DNA of 64,000 nt from Gammaproteobacteria bacterium (GTDB lineage: Bacteria; Pseudomonadota; Gammaproteobacteria; CBDBBL01): NCBI GenBank assembly GCA_965203125.1, contig CBDBBL010000001.1:40971-104970 (forward strand), read 5' to 3'. Positions 1 through 10,043 of the stretch are shown in pieces (positions within the stretch are counted from its first letter, which is position 1; every line of letters begins with the position of its first letter). Under the pieces are notes generated by a model. That model did no database searches, was not told where the DNA came from, and saw only the letters and a program-made list of their open reading frames with translations. The position numbers and the translations under genes were made by a program.

Positions 1-1387
1 CGATGAGACGGTGCTGGTCAATTCTTTCCAACAACCCCGTAAAAGTTTCACTGACTAGAGCAATCTGTTGATGCTTTAACGCCAATCTATTCATCACCCA
101 CAGCCGATAAAAGTCACCTTGTACACGTGATAAACCTTCATCGTCAAATGATACTTTTTGTAACCAAGTAACTTGTTCCTGTAATGTTGTGTATTCTTGT
201 TCAACACGCCTCACCCAATGATCCACAAACGTCATCCCATCCCTTTGCTTCATCAACACGTCATCACTACGCTCACTCAATGGTGACTCACGGTGCTGTT
301 GCGTCAACTGTAATTGCTGCACCCACAACGATGTACCTTCATCAAAAAAAGGATCACCATTATTAAATTTCAACTGCATTAACTTAGGAAATCGGGTCAA
401 CAAAGCCAACAGTTGTGCTATCAGAAACTGCGCCACATCAACTTGCTGCAGTGCAGTTAAGCTTTTCACCAGCTCATAGGTTAATCGGAAATAATAAGCT
501 CCACCTGGCAATGAGAAACACTGCTCAGCATGCTGAATCATCTCATGATGATTTGTATGCTCACATAAATAATTAAAGCGCGTCAACTGCAGTGATTCCA
601 ATGTAGCCAGTGCCGTAACCCCTGACTCATCATGTGGTGGCAACCCACTTAAACGTAGCCAAAATAATCTGCTCAATACCAATGCTTGCATATAGTCGTT
701 CTGCTGCAAATAATATCGCGCCAATTGACGCTGCTGATGGTATGCTTTATGTTCATCAAGCATCGATACATCAGCTGTTAGAACCTGTGTTACTTCCTGC
801 TCATCATCAGCTTGATCATCATTATGCTTCTCTTGGAGCTCTTCTTTAACAGCAACATCCGTCACAACCGAAGCCTGCTGATCTAATGTTGCCATCCAAT
901 CGTTTAAAATATAAATCTGCTTTTGAGATTGAGGAAAACACACCTTCAACTGCTGATTAAGGTCTGTTATATGCAGCTGAATGGTGTCACGCTCTTGCTG
1001 TGTAACTACAGTAGGTTGCCGCCGCAAGAAATCAAGTAATCGTGACTGATTCACCCACATAATTGCATTATCACGTGCAACAGTGCGCTGAGGATATATC
1101 TTTTTACCAAACTGACGCAACAAAGCTAACCAACATTGTAACCCTTCAAGTAATCCTTCAACACCAAATACGTAAGTCAATGCAAGTAACAAATACCCTG
1201 CAACGCGCAAATCTTTTGTCTTCAATTCTAACAACTGACAACACAAGCGAACGATACGATCATAATCAGCACCTGTCATCTGATCCAGTTGATCTTTCAC
1301 CCATAGGAAATCGTCATCATACCTCGGATCATCACCTACCTGATTATCTAATGATTGATTGATTTTTTCTAAATCTAATAGTGCCAT
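1..1387 (-). CDS. TssA/ImpA-family protein (type VI secretion), N-terminal part; truncated by the window edge
   Basis: Translating the reverse complement from the ATG at 1387 gives MALLDLEKINQSLDNQVGDDPRYDDDFLWVKDQL... with no stop before position 1. The GxDPRYDxDF motif is characteristic of the ImpA_N domain. It is absent from the ORF track because it has no in-window stop. Confidence 0.55.
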   Translation of the reverse strand, partial: MALLDLEKINQSLDNQVGDDPRYDDDFLWVKDQLDQMTGADYDRIVRLCCQLLELKTKDLRVAGYLLLALTYVFGVEGLLEGLQCWLALLRQFGKKIYPQRTVARDNAIMWVNQSRLLDFLRRQPTVVTQQERDTIQLHITDLNQQLKVCFPQSQKQIYILNDWMATLDQQASVVTDVAVKEELQEKHNDDQADDEQEVTQVLTADVSMLDEHKAYHQQRQLARYYLQQNDYMQALVLSRLFWLRLSGLPPHDESGVTALATLESLQLTRFNYLCEHTNHHEMIQHAEQCFSLPGGAYYFRLTYELVKSLTALQQVDVAQFLIAQLLALLTRFPKLMQLKFNNGDPFFDEGTSLWVQQLQLTQQHRESPLSERSDDVLMKQRDGMTFVDHWVRRVEQEYTTLQEQVTWLQKVSFDDEGLSRVQGDFYRLWVMNRLALKHQQIALVSETFTGLLERIDQHRLI

Positions 1388-1656
1388 GATTCATCTAATT
1401 ACCTATATCTAGCGCAAGTGAAGATACCGAGTTTCTACCAAAATATTATTCATGGGCAATGATGCTAAAAACATGAAGTTAAAAAACGATATCTTCAACT
1501 GCGCTAGGTTATAATGTAATGGTTATTTCCTGAAGTACAATACAGTAGTATTATGACTATCAACCCTGACTATAATGCTACTAGAGATTAGCACAAATAA
1601 TTCGAGATATGATTTCTAAATGAGTCATGTCATTGATCATTTAGGAGATAAAGAAA

Positions 1657-1719
1657 ATGACTAAACGAGGAAAAAGCTACACAGCAGAGTTCAAGACCAA
1701 AGTGGTTTTAGAGCTATAG
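1657..1719 (+). pseudogene. IS3-family transposase OrfA N-terminal remnant (21 codons: MTKRGKSYTAEFKTKVVLEL*)
   Basis: A Shine-Dalgarno sequence (aggag) precedes the ATG. The peptide matches the conserved N-terminal HTH start of IS3 OrfA proteins and is followed immediately by a stop. Confidence 0.35.
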
Positions 1720-1839
1720 CTAACAAGAAGCACAGCGTTATTTTAACATGCTACTCAAACGATTCTATCGGCATGGTTATGTTATTAAAGAGCAGTCACA
1801 ACTCAAATATCAATTAAACCAAGTTGTAACATAAGGTTA

Positions 1840-2724
1840 TTAATCTTGTTTTAAAGCATCATTTTTAGCCTTAGCTAAGATAGCAGGATCAATACCTTGT
1901 TCTTTTAAGGAACTCATCATAGCATCAACACCTTGCTGCACACCTTGTTGCATACCTTCTGTTCTTAACTGTTGAGCTGCGGTCATAGCTTTCTCCTTCA
2001 GGTTGGGTTTTTGCGTGATAAAAGCAGTATAAATCTCATTAGGGTCACGCTCCAACGTCTCTAGCGAGTATTGTAACACAGTAAGGGCAGAATTGTCATT
2101 CATGTCGTGAACGTGAGAAAAGATGAGTTGAAGAGACTGGTCAGTAAGCTTTTTATCAAAAGCGTGTTTGAAAACCAACTCAGCAGGGGAAATTTCCTTG
2201 TGAGACAGAATCTCATCATCAGTCATTTGTCCGACATCTATGAAAACAGGTTCAAGCAAAGCAGGGATGGCTTCTTTAGGTGTTTCAAACATGTCGGCAA
2301 TTTTAGTTTTGAAAGGAAATGGTGTGCGTTTGCCATGGTAGTAAATCATCGATACTAGGGCAGGCAACTCGTCGGTATCATTAGATTCTGCATATTCGAG
2401 TAATGCTGAAGTGCCATAGTTAAAGGTTTTTAAGGCAGAAAGTTTTTTGGGAGTAGACCAATGCTCAATATGGGCATAGAGCATTCCTGTTTTATCTTGA
2501 TCGTATTTCATCAAATAGATAATATCTGCAATTTCTTTGTGTCGTTGCCCTTCGTTTAAAACATTACCTTTGATGAATTCACCATTGGCTTTGTGTAATT
2601 TCAAAGAATCCCATTGAATACGTTCGCGAAAAGTTGTGGGGAGGTAGACTTTGCAAAAAGCAATGAAGAAAGAGCGTTGAGCCATCAGGAATTTCATTGA
2701 AATGTCGTGAATATCTTTACTCAT
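1840..2724 (-). CDS. Rpn-family recombination-promoting nuclease / YhgA-like putative transposase (PD-(D/E)XK)
   Basis: A 294-aa ORF. Its C-terminal motif AAQQLRTEGMQQGVQQGV is typical of Rpn/YhgA proteins. Confidence 0.55.
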   Translation of the reverse strand: MSKDIHDISMKFLMAQRSFFIAFCKVYLPTTFRERIQWDSLKLHKANGEFIKGNVLNEGQRHKEIADIIYLMKYDQDKTGMLYAHIEHWSTPKKLSALKTFNYGTSALLEYAESNDTDELPALVSMIYYHGKRTPFPFKTKIADMFETPKEAIPALLEPVFIDVGQMTDDEILSHKEISPAELVFKHAFDKKLTDQSLQLIFSHVHDMNDNSALTVLQYSLETLERDPNEIYTAFITQKPNLKEKAMTAAQQLRTEGMQQGVQQGVDAMMSSLKEQGIDPAILAKAKNDALKQD

Positions 2725-3164
2725 ACGTTGGTATCCGTATCATTAAACTTATTTTGTAATGCATCAAGCGATGATGAGGTGGCAGCACGGTTAAGTTTCG
2801 CATCTTTACACTCACGATGAAGTGCCTTAATCTTTTTGAGTTGTTTTCGAGCGTAGTGATCTTCTTCGTCTAAAATCTCGCCAACAGGATTGCCATCAAG
2901 GTCATAGCGTTTTTTGTCTTCTGACTGAGCAATGGCTTGATGATATTTAAAGTCGTTCGTGTAATAGCAAATCGCAAGGCGCACATGTTTTTTGCTTAAT
3001 GGAGGACAACAAACAGAAAACAATTCATCGACAACACCTTTTTTAAGTGGGATCGGATGATTGAGATTAAATGCTTTGGGAAATTGCTCAGTCCACTGCT
3101 TAATCGTTAGCTTGAGAGCAGATTTTGAGTTGGTATGTGTTAGCGAGGCATCTGTCATAATCAC
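2721..3164 (-). CDS. ProQ/FinO-domain RNA chaperone-like protein
   Basis: A 147-aa ORF with a FinO-like region (KQWTEQFPKAFNLNHPIPLKKGVVDEL). It overlaps the Rpn gene by 4 nt, as expected for an operon. Confidence 0.5.
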   Translation of the reverse strand: MIMTDASLTHTNSKSALKLTIKQWTEQFPKAFNLNHPIPLKKGVVDELFSVCCPPLSKKHVRLAICYYTNDFKYHQAIAQSEDKKRYDLDGNPVGEILDEEDHYARKQLKKIKALHRECKDAKLNRAATSSSLDALQNKFNDTDTNV

Positions 3165-3172
3165 TGGAATAT

Positions 3173-3487
3173 TTATTGATTAAGTAAAAGATCATTCAAT
3201 GCTTTGGCGACCTTGGGTTTGACGACCTTATGAGCTGGCTTTGCAGAAATTGTCATTGGTTCACCTGTTGCAGGGTTGCGTCCTTGACGCTCTTGTGTAG
3301 CTGGTTTTTCGCTTACTTTAAATTTGGCTACATTGGGTAAATTAAAATCAATGAGTGATTCAACATGTTGGTGAATCAGAGAAGTTAGCTCACTCAACAT
3401 CATACCCGCAGTTTTCTTGGTGACATCACAAGTACCCGCAATGTGGTTAATGATATTGTCAGTGGTATAGGTTTTCTCGATCTTCAT
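3173..3487 (-). CDS. HU/IHF-family DNA-binding protein with a lysine-rich C-terminal tail
   Basis: It carries the conserved HU arm motif RNPATGEPMTISAKP and is 104 aa long. Confidence 0.6.
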   Translation of the reverse strand: MKIEKTYTTDNIINHIAGTCDVTKKTAGMMLSELTSLIHQHVESLIDFNLPNVAKFKVSEKPATQERQGRNPATGEPMTISAKPAHKVVKPKVAKALNDLLLNQ

Positions 3488-3631
3488 TGAGACTCCAAAG
3501 GTTTAAAACTGTGTCAGTATATCATTGGGTGAGTGAATAATGCAGTAAAAGTTCGTAGGTGATGATGAGATAGAAAGAGCCAGCCAAAGCCAGCTCTAGG
3601 AGTGCAACAGTCCATGCTGTTGAGATAAATA

Positions 3632-4331
3632 TTAACTTACAAAATGAATATCTGACAATTTAATCCAGCAATTAGCGTTGTAGCTATTACCGTTACTGGT
3701 ACTGCCAGTAATTTGCGGATTGGTATCAGTAGTTGCATTATAAAATAGAACCGTATTACTAGTACCAATTGATCTAGCCCCTGCGGGAACATTCAGACCA
3801 CTGGTTCTGTTGGGAGCAAAGCTGATAGCAGAACTACTATTATTGGTAATTTGACCTGAGTTAAAAGCAATGGTAGAGATACCAGTAATGTTAGCGTGGT
3901 TGTATCCGAGCATCGAGCTGAGAAGCACCAGCAGAGTTATCATATACACAGGTCACATTAACTTGAGCATCCGCAATATTCTGAAATAAGGTGGCGATAG
4001 AGTGAGGGGTATTAACAGCCCCGCCAGCAACAGAACAGCTATTGCCACCAGTAGCACAGCTTATGGAGACCTCAAGAGAACGAGTGGCGCTGAGCTTAAC
4101 GTTACTATCTGCACTAGGAAGTAAGTTTAAGCCAAGGTTAGAATAGACAGTACCCACCTCATCATTAACATTAGTCTCATTGCCACTAACACAACTAGCA
4201 AAGAAAGAGGTTAACCCACCTGTGCCAGTATAAGAACGGGAATCTCTAAAGCAATTATGCAATGAAGCAGAGAAAGCAGTTGAAGCCGAAGCAATTGCCA
4301 AGCTGGCAAGTAGAATAGATTTATATTTCAT
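3632..4331 (-). CDS. small secreted pilin/fimbrial-like protein, split into two overlapping ORFs (3891..4331 and 3632..3949) by an apparent frameshift
   Basis: It has a signal peptide (MKYKSILLASLAIASASTAFSA). It is Ser/Thr/Asn/Gly-rich with paired Cys residues. It lies 22 nt downstream of the OMP gene, the same arrangement as 16958..19220. Confidence 0.4.
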
Positions 4332-4353
4332 GTTAAGTCTCTCCTAATAAAAG

Positions 4354-5127
4354 TTAAAGTTTGTAATTCAGACTAAGCAAGCCGATGGCATATCGCGCAC
4401 CACCACTACTAGTAACCGGTAAGTTTGCATTCATGATGGAAGGACTGCGACCGAATGTGCCAAAGTAAGATAGTTCAGCACTGGTCTTATGATTGAATTG
4501 ATAGCCCAATCCAAGCTGATAAGACCCTTGCAAACTGTTGTGAACAGGGTGTAGGTTAATTCGTTGCAAGAATGCACCAACGCCAGCAGAGGCATACCAG
4601 TTGTGCACTAGGTTAACTTTAGTGCTAAGCATGAGGTTCAAAGCTTCTTGAATTTCGACATCTTGAGGAGTTTCTCCATCTGCATAACTACGCTGGGTAT
4701 AGATGGAAACATAAGAACCAGTCATCAAGCCAAGTGAAGCGTTGAAGCTGGTACGTTTATATTGAGCAAACTCTAAACCCAGTACAATATTACCAACAGC
4801 ATTAGTGCTGGTTTTACCTGTCATGTTTTTACCACCGACCTCACCATAGCCAGCACCTAATGAAATATAAGGCTCAGCTTTCCATTGAAAATCAGGCGTA
4901 GGCAAATTCGCTACAAGCGTGGTATGTGGTGAAGAATGCCCAATGGCATGATCTGTGTTAGAAGAAAGGCGCGGTGTTGCAGCGTGTGCAACACCACTAA
5001 CGGAAGTTACCGCCATAGCTAATAAAAAAGAGGCTGACAAACCACCTGTCTTAGGTTGAGTGGCATGAATAGAAAAAGAACGCATAACTAAACTCCTTAG
5101 AGCATAACTACGCCTCGGTAGGCACAT
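4354..5127 (-). CDS. small outer-membrane beta-barrel protein; the true start is probably the internal Met at about 5085
   Basis: A signal peptide begins at MRSFSIHA...AHAA. The protein shows alternating beta-strand patterns. It is homologous to the OMP at 16958..17593 (EPYISLGAGYGEVGGKN versus KPYLDISTGFGTIGGKN). Confidence 0.5.
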   Translation of the reverse strand: MCLPRRSYALRSLVMRSFSIHATQPKTGGLSASFLLAMAVTSVSGVAHAATPRLSSNTDHAIGHSSPHTTLVANLPTPDFQWKAEPYISLGAGYGEVGGKNMTGKTSTNAVGNIVLGLEFAQYKRTSFNASLGLMTGSYVSIYTQRSYADGETPQDVEIQEALNLMLSTKVNLVHNWYASAGVGAFLQRINLHPVHNSLQGSYQLGLGYQFNHKTSAELSYFGTFGRSPSIMNANLPVTSSGGARYAIGLLSLNYKL

Positions 5128-5924
5128 AGACGAACCATAATCTATAACAATATAGAAGACGGCACGAAAGTGCTGGCATCAATTAATGCGACGCATCCAC
5201 GGGTGTCACCGAAAAGGTGGCACTCGGGCTTTGCCCGACCATTAACCCATGCGAGCTACGGGAGGAGACGCAGAAAGCAACGATTAAAAATCAGACAAAA
5301 ATAAAACGTGTCACACTGGTAAAAGTCCTAAGACAGCCAGCAGGTGATATCAGTCGTTTGTTGAGAGTACTGTGTATCCAGTACAGCGTTCTCTCGAACA
5401 CCAATATCGGGTGACAGTTTATGGAAGTTTTTGATTTGTGAACCTCGGGTGGTTCAGTTAAAATGCGATCATTCATTTAGCAACCTTTCTCGTTGTTATT
5501 TGATAGCGAGTCTGAGGTGTTTCAGCACCGAGGACTCGCGCCAATTTCATATCAGCGACGACCACTATAACAAAACAAAATAGCCGAAACAAATCTCTAT
5601 CTGTTTTGAAGTATGGTGTCGCCACCTACCATATTTTTTAAGCGATAACGCTGGTTACAATTAAGTGACGCAACCACCGCAAAGCAGGATCATCATCACT
5701 GTGTCGATGCGATAAGCCTCGAGGGTGTTGATGTGTGAGCTTTAGATTTTATAGATAGATTTAGATGGTGACCGAAAACTATTACTTTTGGCCATACTGG
5801 TTGTTTATCAATAACTCCTTGATTTATAATGATGGAGATCGAGTGATTTTAGAAATCTTGAGAGTCAAAACGACCCAATATTTGACATAGGTAAGATGAG
5901 GAAATTTAAAGCAGCGTAGGTATA

Positions 5925-6085
5925 TACCCATCACCATTCAAGAAACCGAGCTTTAACAAAATGAATTTTAGTGAAATTAGATTTAAAAAATCGAGTAATA
6001 GCAAGCCATTGCAAAAGTTTTTAAATGTCAATTTTGCAAAATCCATGAAGTTAAAGCTCGGTTTCTTGAATGGTGATGAGTATAT
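5925..6085. repeat. MITE-like element copy b (29-bp perfect terminal inverted repeat catcaccattcaagaaaccgagctttaac)
   Basis: The perfect inverted repeat spans 5927-5957 versus 6050-6083. The internal core gatttaaaaaa..gtaatagcaagccattgcaaaagttttt is shared with the copies at 13760 and 40380. Confidence 0.6.
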
Positions 6086-6087
6086 GT

Positions 6088-7152
6088 TTATAACCCCTTA
6101 GTAGGCCAATCTGTCATCAATACTTTCACCATCGTCGCTAACGGAATTGCGAAAAACACCCCCCAAAAACCCCACACTCCACCAAAAAACAACACAGCGA
6201 TAATAATAGCCAAGGGATGAAGTGACAACGCATTAGAAAATAACAGTGGCACCAGCACATTTGCATCCAAAATAATAATGCACCCATAAAGAATGAGCAA
6301 ATACAAGAAATGTGTACTCACTCCCCATTGGAATAGTGCAATCAATACAATCGGTATTGTCACTGCAACAGCACCAACATAAGGTACAATAACAGACAAA
6401 CCAACACAAACACCCAACAATACACTATAACGCAGACCCAACAGTGCAAAACCAGCCATAGAAACCACAGAGACAATCACAATTTCTACAACGCGCCCAC
6501 GCACATAAGCACTCAACTGCTTCATGAGTGTCTGCCATATAACCGTCAACTGTGAATGCCGCTCTGGCAGGAAGTGATGGAAATAGCGTCGAATCTTAAC
6601 TGAATCTTGCAACATAAATAGAACCATAATAGGAACCAAGACAGCGTAGACAAGCAAGCCAATTGCACTAGGAATTGTCGACAACGAGAATGATAAAATC
6701 GACTTCCCTGCTTGTGCAAAACTTGCACTCAAATCATTCACGATCGATTGCACCTGCTGGCTTGAAATCATATCTGCATGATTTGCAATCAATTGCTGAA
6801 ACCACTGTTGGAAATGCTGCCATACCAGAGGCATTTCTGTTGCCAAATTTGCAAGCTGTCTTAGCAATAAAGGAAATACCACAACGAACAAGGCAAGCAC
6901 TAAACTAATTACCATGACAAATACAGTCATAACTGCTAACCAACGAGACACTCTCATTCGCTGTAAAAAAAGCACAGCCCCATCTAACAAATAGGCAAGC
7001 ACAATACTTGCAATGACTGGAGCCAACATCTGCCCCCAATAATGAAAAAAAGCTAAGAAACCAAAACAGCATAATAGTAAAAAAACACTTTGCTGATCAG
7101 AAAGGTAGCGATTGAACCAAGCTTTAAAAATCGTTAACATGAAAAATACCAT
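6088..7152 (-). CDS. AI-2E family transporter (UPF0118/PerM-like membrane protein)
   Basis: A 354-aa polytopic membrane protein with the typical AI-2E organisation. Confidence 0.55.
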   Translation of the reverse strand: MVFFMLTIFKAWFNRYLSDQQSVFLLLCCFGFLAFFHYWGQMLAPVIASIVLAYLLDGAVLFLQRMRVSRWLAVMTVFVMVISLVLALFVVVFPLLLRQLANLATEMPLVWQHFQQWFQQLIANHADMISSQQVQSIVNDLSASFAQAGKSILSFSLSTIPSAIGLLVYAVLVPIMVLFMLQDSVKIRRYFHHFLPERHSQLTVIWQTLMKQLSAYVRGRVVEIVIVSVVSMAGFALLGLRYSVLLGVCVGLSVIVPYVGAVAVTIPIVLIALFQWGVSTHFLYLLILYGCIIILDANVLVPLLFSNALSLHPLAIIIAVLFFGGVWGFWGVFFAIPLATMVKVLMTDWPTKGL

Positions 7153-7176
7153 AACTAAAAAACAACAACATACCCG

Positions 7177-8091
7177 ATGCCAACAGATTTATCAAAAAAA
7201 CTCGTCATTGCAATCTCTTCCCGCGCACTGTTTGATTTAAGTGAAAGCAATCGTATTTATGAAGAACAAGGAGTTGAGGCCTATACAGACTACCAAGTTT
7301 CACATGAAAATGAGATCTTAGAACCCAGTGTTGCCTTTCCATTAGTAAAAAAATTACAAGCACTCAAGGACCCTGACACACAAGAGCCACTTGTCGAAGT
7401 CATTTTATTATCACGCAACACTGCAGATACTGGTCTGCGCATATTTAACAGTATCAAATATTACAAGCTCAACATCACTCGAGCCGCCTTTAGTGGCGGA
7501 GAAAATCCCTATCAATATATCAATGCATTTGGTGCCGATTTGTTTTTATCAGCCAATCCCGATGATGTTAGAACCGCACTGCAAAATCACTGTGCTGCTG
7601 CCACTATCTATCCTTTAATGAACACAATGAATGAGACAGACGATATATTACGTATTGCGTTTGATGGCGATGCTGTTCTATTTTCAGATGAATCTGAAAG
7701 AATTTATAAGGAGCAAGGGCTAGATGCATTTATTCAACACGAAAAAGAAACATCCAAAACGCCACTCAATGCAGGACCTTTCAAGCGCTTTCTCTTTGCA
7801 TTACGCAAATTACAACAGAGCTTAAAAAGCACTAATCAACACACCACTGCTGGCATTCGGATTGCTTTAGTAACGGCAAGGCAGGCACCTGCGCATGAGC
7901 GTGTTATTAACACCTTTCGCGCATGGAATATTCGTATCGATGAAATGCTCTTTTTAGGCGGGGTCAGTAAAGGAGAGTTCTTAAAGGCCTTTCATGCTGA
8001 CTTCTTCTTCGATGACCAAAAAACCCATTGTTTATCTGCTAGTGAACATGTTGCAACAGGACATGTCCCTCATGGTGTCGGAAATCAGTGA
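7177..8091 (+). CDS. HAD-like 5'-nucleotidase family protein (cN-I-like)
   Basis: It carries the DGDAVLFSDESE DxDxV motif and is 304 aa long. Confidence 0.4.
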   Translation: MPTDLSKKLVIAISSRALFDLSESNRIYEEQGVEAYTDYQVSHENEILEPSVAFPLVKKLQALKDPDTQEPLVEVILLSRNTADTGLRIFNSIKYYKLNITRAAFSGGENPYQYINAFGADLFLSANPDDVRTALQNHCAAATIYPLMNTMNETDDILRIAFDGDAVLFSDESERIYKEQGLDAFIQHEKETSKTPLNAGPFKRFLFALRKLQQSLKSTNQHTTAGIRIALVTARQAPAHERVINTFRAWNIRIDEMLFLGGVSKGEFLKAFHADFFFDDQKTHCLSASEHVATGHVPHGVGNQ

Positions 8092-8846
8092 CCCACTTCA
8101 CACTCTTTTAGCCACACTCTTAGCATTGCATTTGCCGATTTCTGAAATTCAAAATCCACCTCTCTAACCTCAACTCCAAATTTTTTATCTTGCAACTGTT
8201 GCATCAATTCTGGAAGCAACTCAGATAATTCACCTTGGTTATTCAATAACGGAAAAATGCGCACTTCACCAGCAAGATCACATAATCTTGCAATCATCCT
8301 CTGTGCGTCTATAACAGTCATTTCCTGCTCAAAAAAAGCATGTGAGCAAAGCGCCAAATCAAAAGCACCTTTCTCAAACCCATCATTGGACGAGTCGCGA
8401 CTTTTAAATGCTTCAAGTAGCTTATATTGATAACGAAACTCTTTCATTCCAGCAGGGTAATCATCGAGAAAGAATGTCGCAATTCGCTCTCTTTCCATCA
8501 ACACTTCTTCTGCACTACCAAATCCATTCCAGTTAAAGGCATGAGGGGAGCAATCAAAGGTTGCTCTCATTTTCGCTTTCAACTCTGAAAAACAAGTGAG
8601 TATTTCATCATAAGATAGCTTATAAAGCGGATCACAAGATACAGCCTGACCACCAATCGATGCAAATTCAAGATTAAAACTGGAAAATCCAGCATTGACA
8701 TCTAGTACACGCTGAGAAATCAACACAGGAGCCAAGTCAAACATCCGCCGATATTGCGCTAAATTATGCGCACATAGCTGAATTGGACTGATCCTTATCA
8801 AATCACCCCCCACATTATGCTGATCCGTCACAACGGTTTCTCCCAA
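8085..8846 (-). CDS. class I SAM-dependent methyltransferase
   Basis: Motif I VLDVNAGFSSF is present; 253 aa. Confidence 0.5.
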   Translation of the reverse strand: MGETVVTDQHNVGGDLIRISPIQLCAHNLAQYRRMFDLAPVLISQRVLDVNAGFSSFNLEFASIGGQAVSCDPLYKLSYDEILTCFSELKAKMRATFDCSPHAFNWNGFGSAEEVLMERERIATFFLDDYPAGMKEFRYQYKLLEAFKSRDSSNDGFEKGAFDLALCSHAFFEQEMTVIDAQRMIARLCDLAGEVRIFPLLNNQGELSELLPELMQQLQDKKFGVEVREVDFEFQKSANAMLRVWLKECEVGH

Positions 8847-8919
8847 TTAGAAAAATGCGATTCTATCGCAAACCTATACGATTCACAAACAACAATTAAA
8901 TCCTATTAAAATCAGCAGA

Positions 8920-9135
8920 TTAAACCGAAGCCTTGGGAGTCACTGCTTCGTCAATTTTATCCTTCACTTCTTCACGATGTACTGAAACACTCTTTGGTGC
9001 CTCCACACCAATCCTTACTTGATTGCCCTTCACTGCCAGCACGACAACTTCAACATTATCACCTATGACAATACACTCACCAACCCTCCTTGTTAAAATC
9101 AACATGTAACCAACTCCTTTGTTCATAAATGACAC
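8920..9135 (-). CDS. csrA: carbon storage regulator CsrA
   Basis: The N-terminus [46 protein letters not shown] is near-canonical CsrA. Confidence 0.9.
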   Translation of the reverse strand: MSFMNKGVGYMLILTRRVGECIVIGDNVEVVVLAVKGNQVRIGVEAPKSVSVHREEVKDKIDEAVTPKASV

Positions 9136-9356
9136 CCTTCAGTAGAAAAGTGATCATTTAATTATTTCTGTTCATTCAGAACTAATGCAACCTTTCATTC
9201 AAGCAATGATCTTGAACAAATCGAAGTAACGAATCATACAGAATATAAAATAGTTTCTCAATGGTAAATTTACAAGGAGTAATAAGGGAGTTTGGCACAA
9301 GAAACCCCTATCCGCTTTTTTACAGATACCCATCACTGTTGAATCCTACCAAATCA

Positions 9357-9755
9357 CTAATTCAGTGTTTGCAGTATTCGTTGCAAAGCGAGCTTAACGC
9401 TTACATTTGATTTCAATTGATCACTACCCACCTGATACGCTAATGATCGCCCTTCTAATAACCGACTCTTTGCCCCACTGATGGTATACCCCTGCACATA
9501 AAGTAGCTCTCTAATCTGGCGAATCAATTCAATATCGTCATGACAGTAATATCGTCTACCCTGTCGCTTTGACGGTTGCAACTGTGAAAACTCTTTCTCC
9601 CAAAATCTAAGCACATGCGGCTTAACCAAGCACAAGGATGCTGCCTCTCCTATTGAGAAATACCGCTTCTCTGGTATTAAGGGAAAAACAACTACTTGCT
9701 GATTCATTATTGATACACTCATCGCCAATGAAGATGGGGATATATTACAAAGCAC
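9357..9755 (-). CDS. MerR-family transcriptional regulator
   Basis: A MerR HTH ([25 protein letters not shown]). It sits downstream of ihfA, as in Pseudomonas and Legionella. Confidence 0.6.
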   Translation of the reverse strand: MLCNISPSSLAMSVSIMNQQVVVFPLIPEKRYFSIGEAASLCLVKPHVLRFWEKEFSQLQPSKRQGRRYYCHDDIELIRQIRELLYVQGYTISGAKSRLLEGRSLAYQVGSDQLKSNVSVKLALQRILQTLN

Positions 9756-10035
9756 CCACCTTTGATTTCAATTTCTGCCCAGCACGAAATGTCACAACAC
9801 GCCTAGCAGTAATCAGTTTTGGCTCTCCTGTTCTCGGGTTCCTTCCGGGTCTAGCCACTTTATCTCTCAAATTAAAGTTTCCAAAGCCAGAAATCTTCAC
9901 CGCGACGCCTCTTTCTAGAAAACTTCTAATTTGCTCAAAAAAAACATCGACCAGTCGCTTTGCCTCTCGACGATTCAAACCCAACTTAAAATACAAGTTT
10001 TCTGCAATCTCTGCTTTTGTTAATGTACTCACTGC
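9745..10035 (-). CDS. ihfA: integration host factor alpha subunit
   Basis: The sequence [32 protein letters not shown]...[19 protein letters not shown] matches IhfA. The ORF's ATG at 10083 would overlap pheT, so the likely start is the internal GTG near 10035. Confidence 0.8.
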   Translation of the reverse strand, partial: AVSTLTKAEIAENLYFKLGLNRREAKRLVDVFFEQIRSFLERGVAVKISGFGNFNLRDKVARPGRNPRTGEPKLITARRVVTFRAGQKLKSKVGAL

Positions 10036-10043
10036 ACTCTTCC

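Noticed and set aside
5190-5640. Possible tmRNA, RNase P or 6S RNA in the long intergenic region
   Set aside because: No tag reading frame, no T-arm plus CCA acceptor end and no RNase P P4 motifs were found by eye. It is recorded only as an ORF-poor region.
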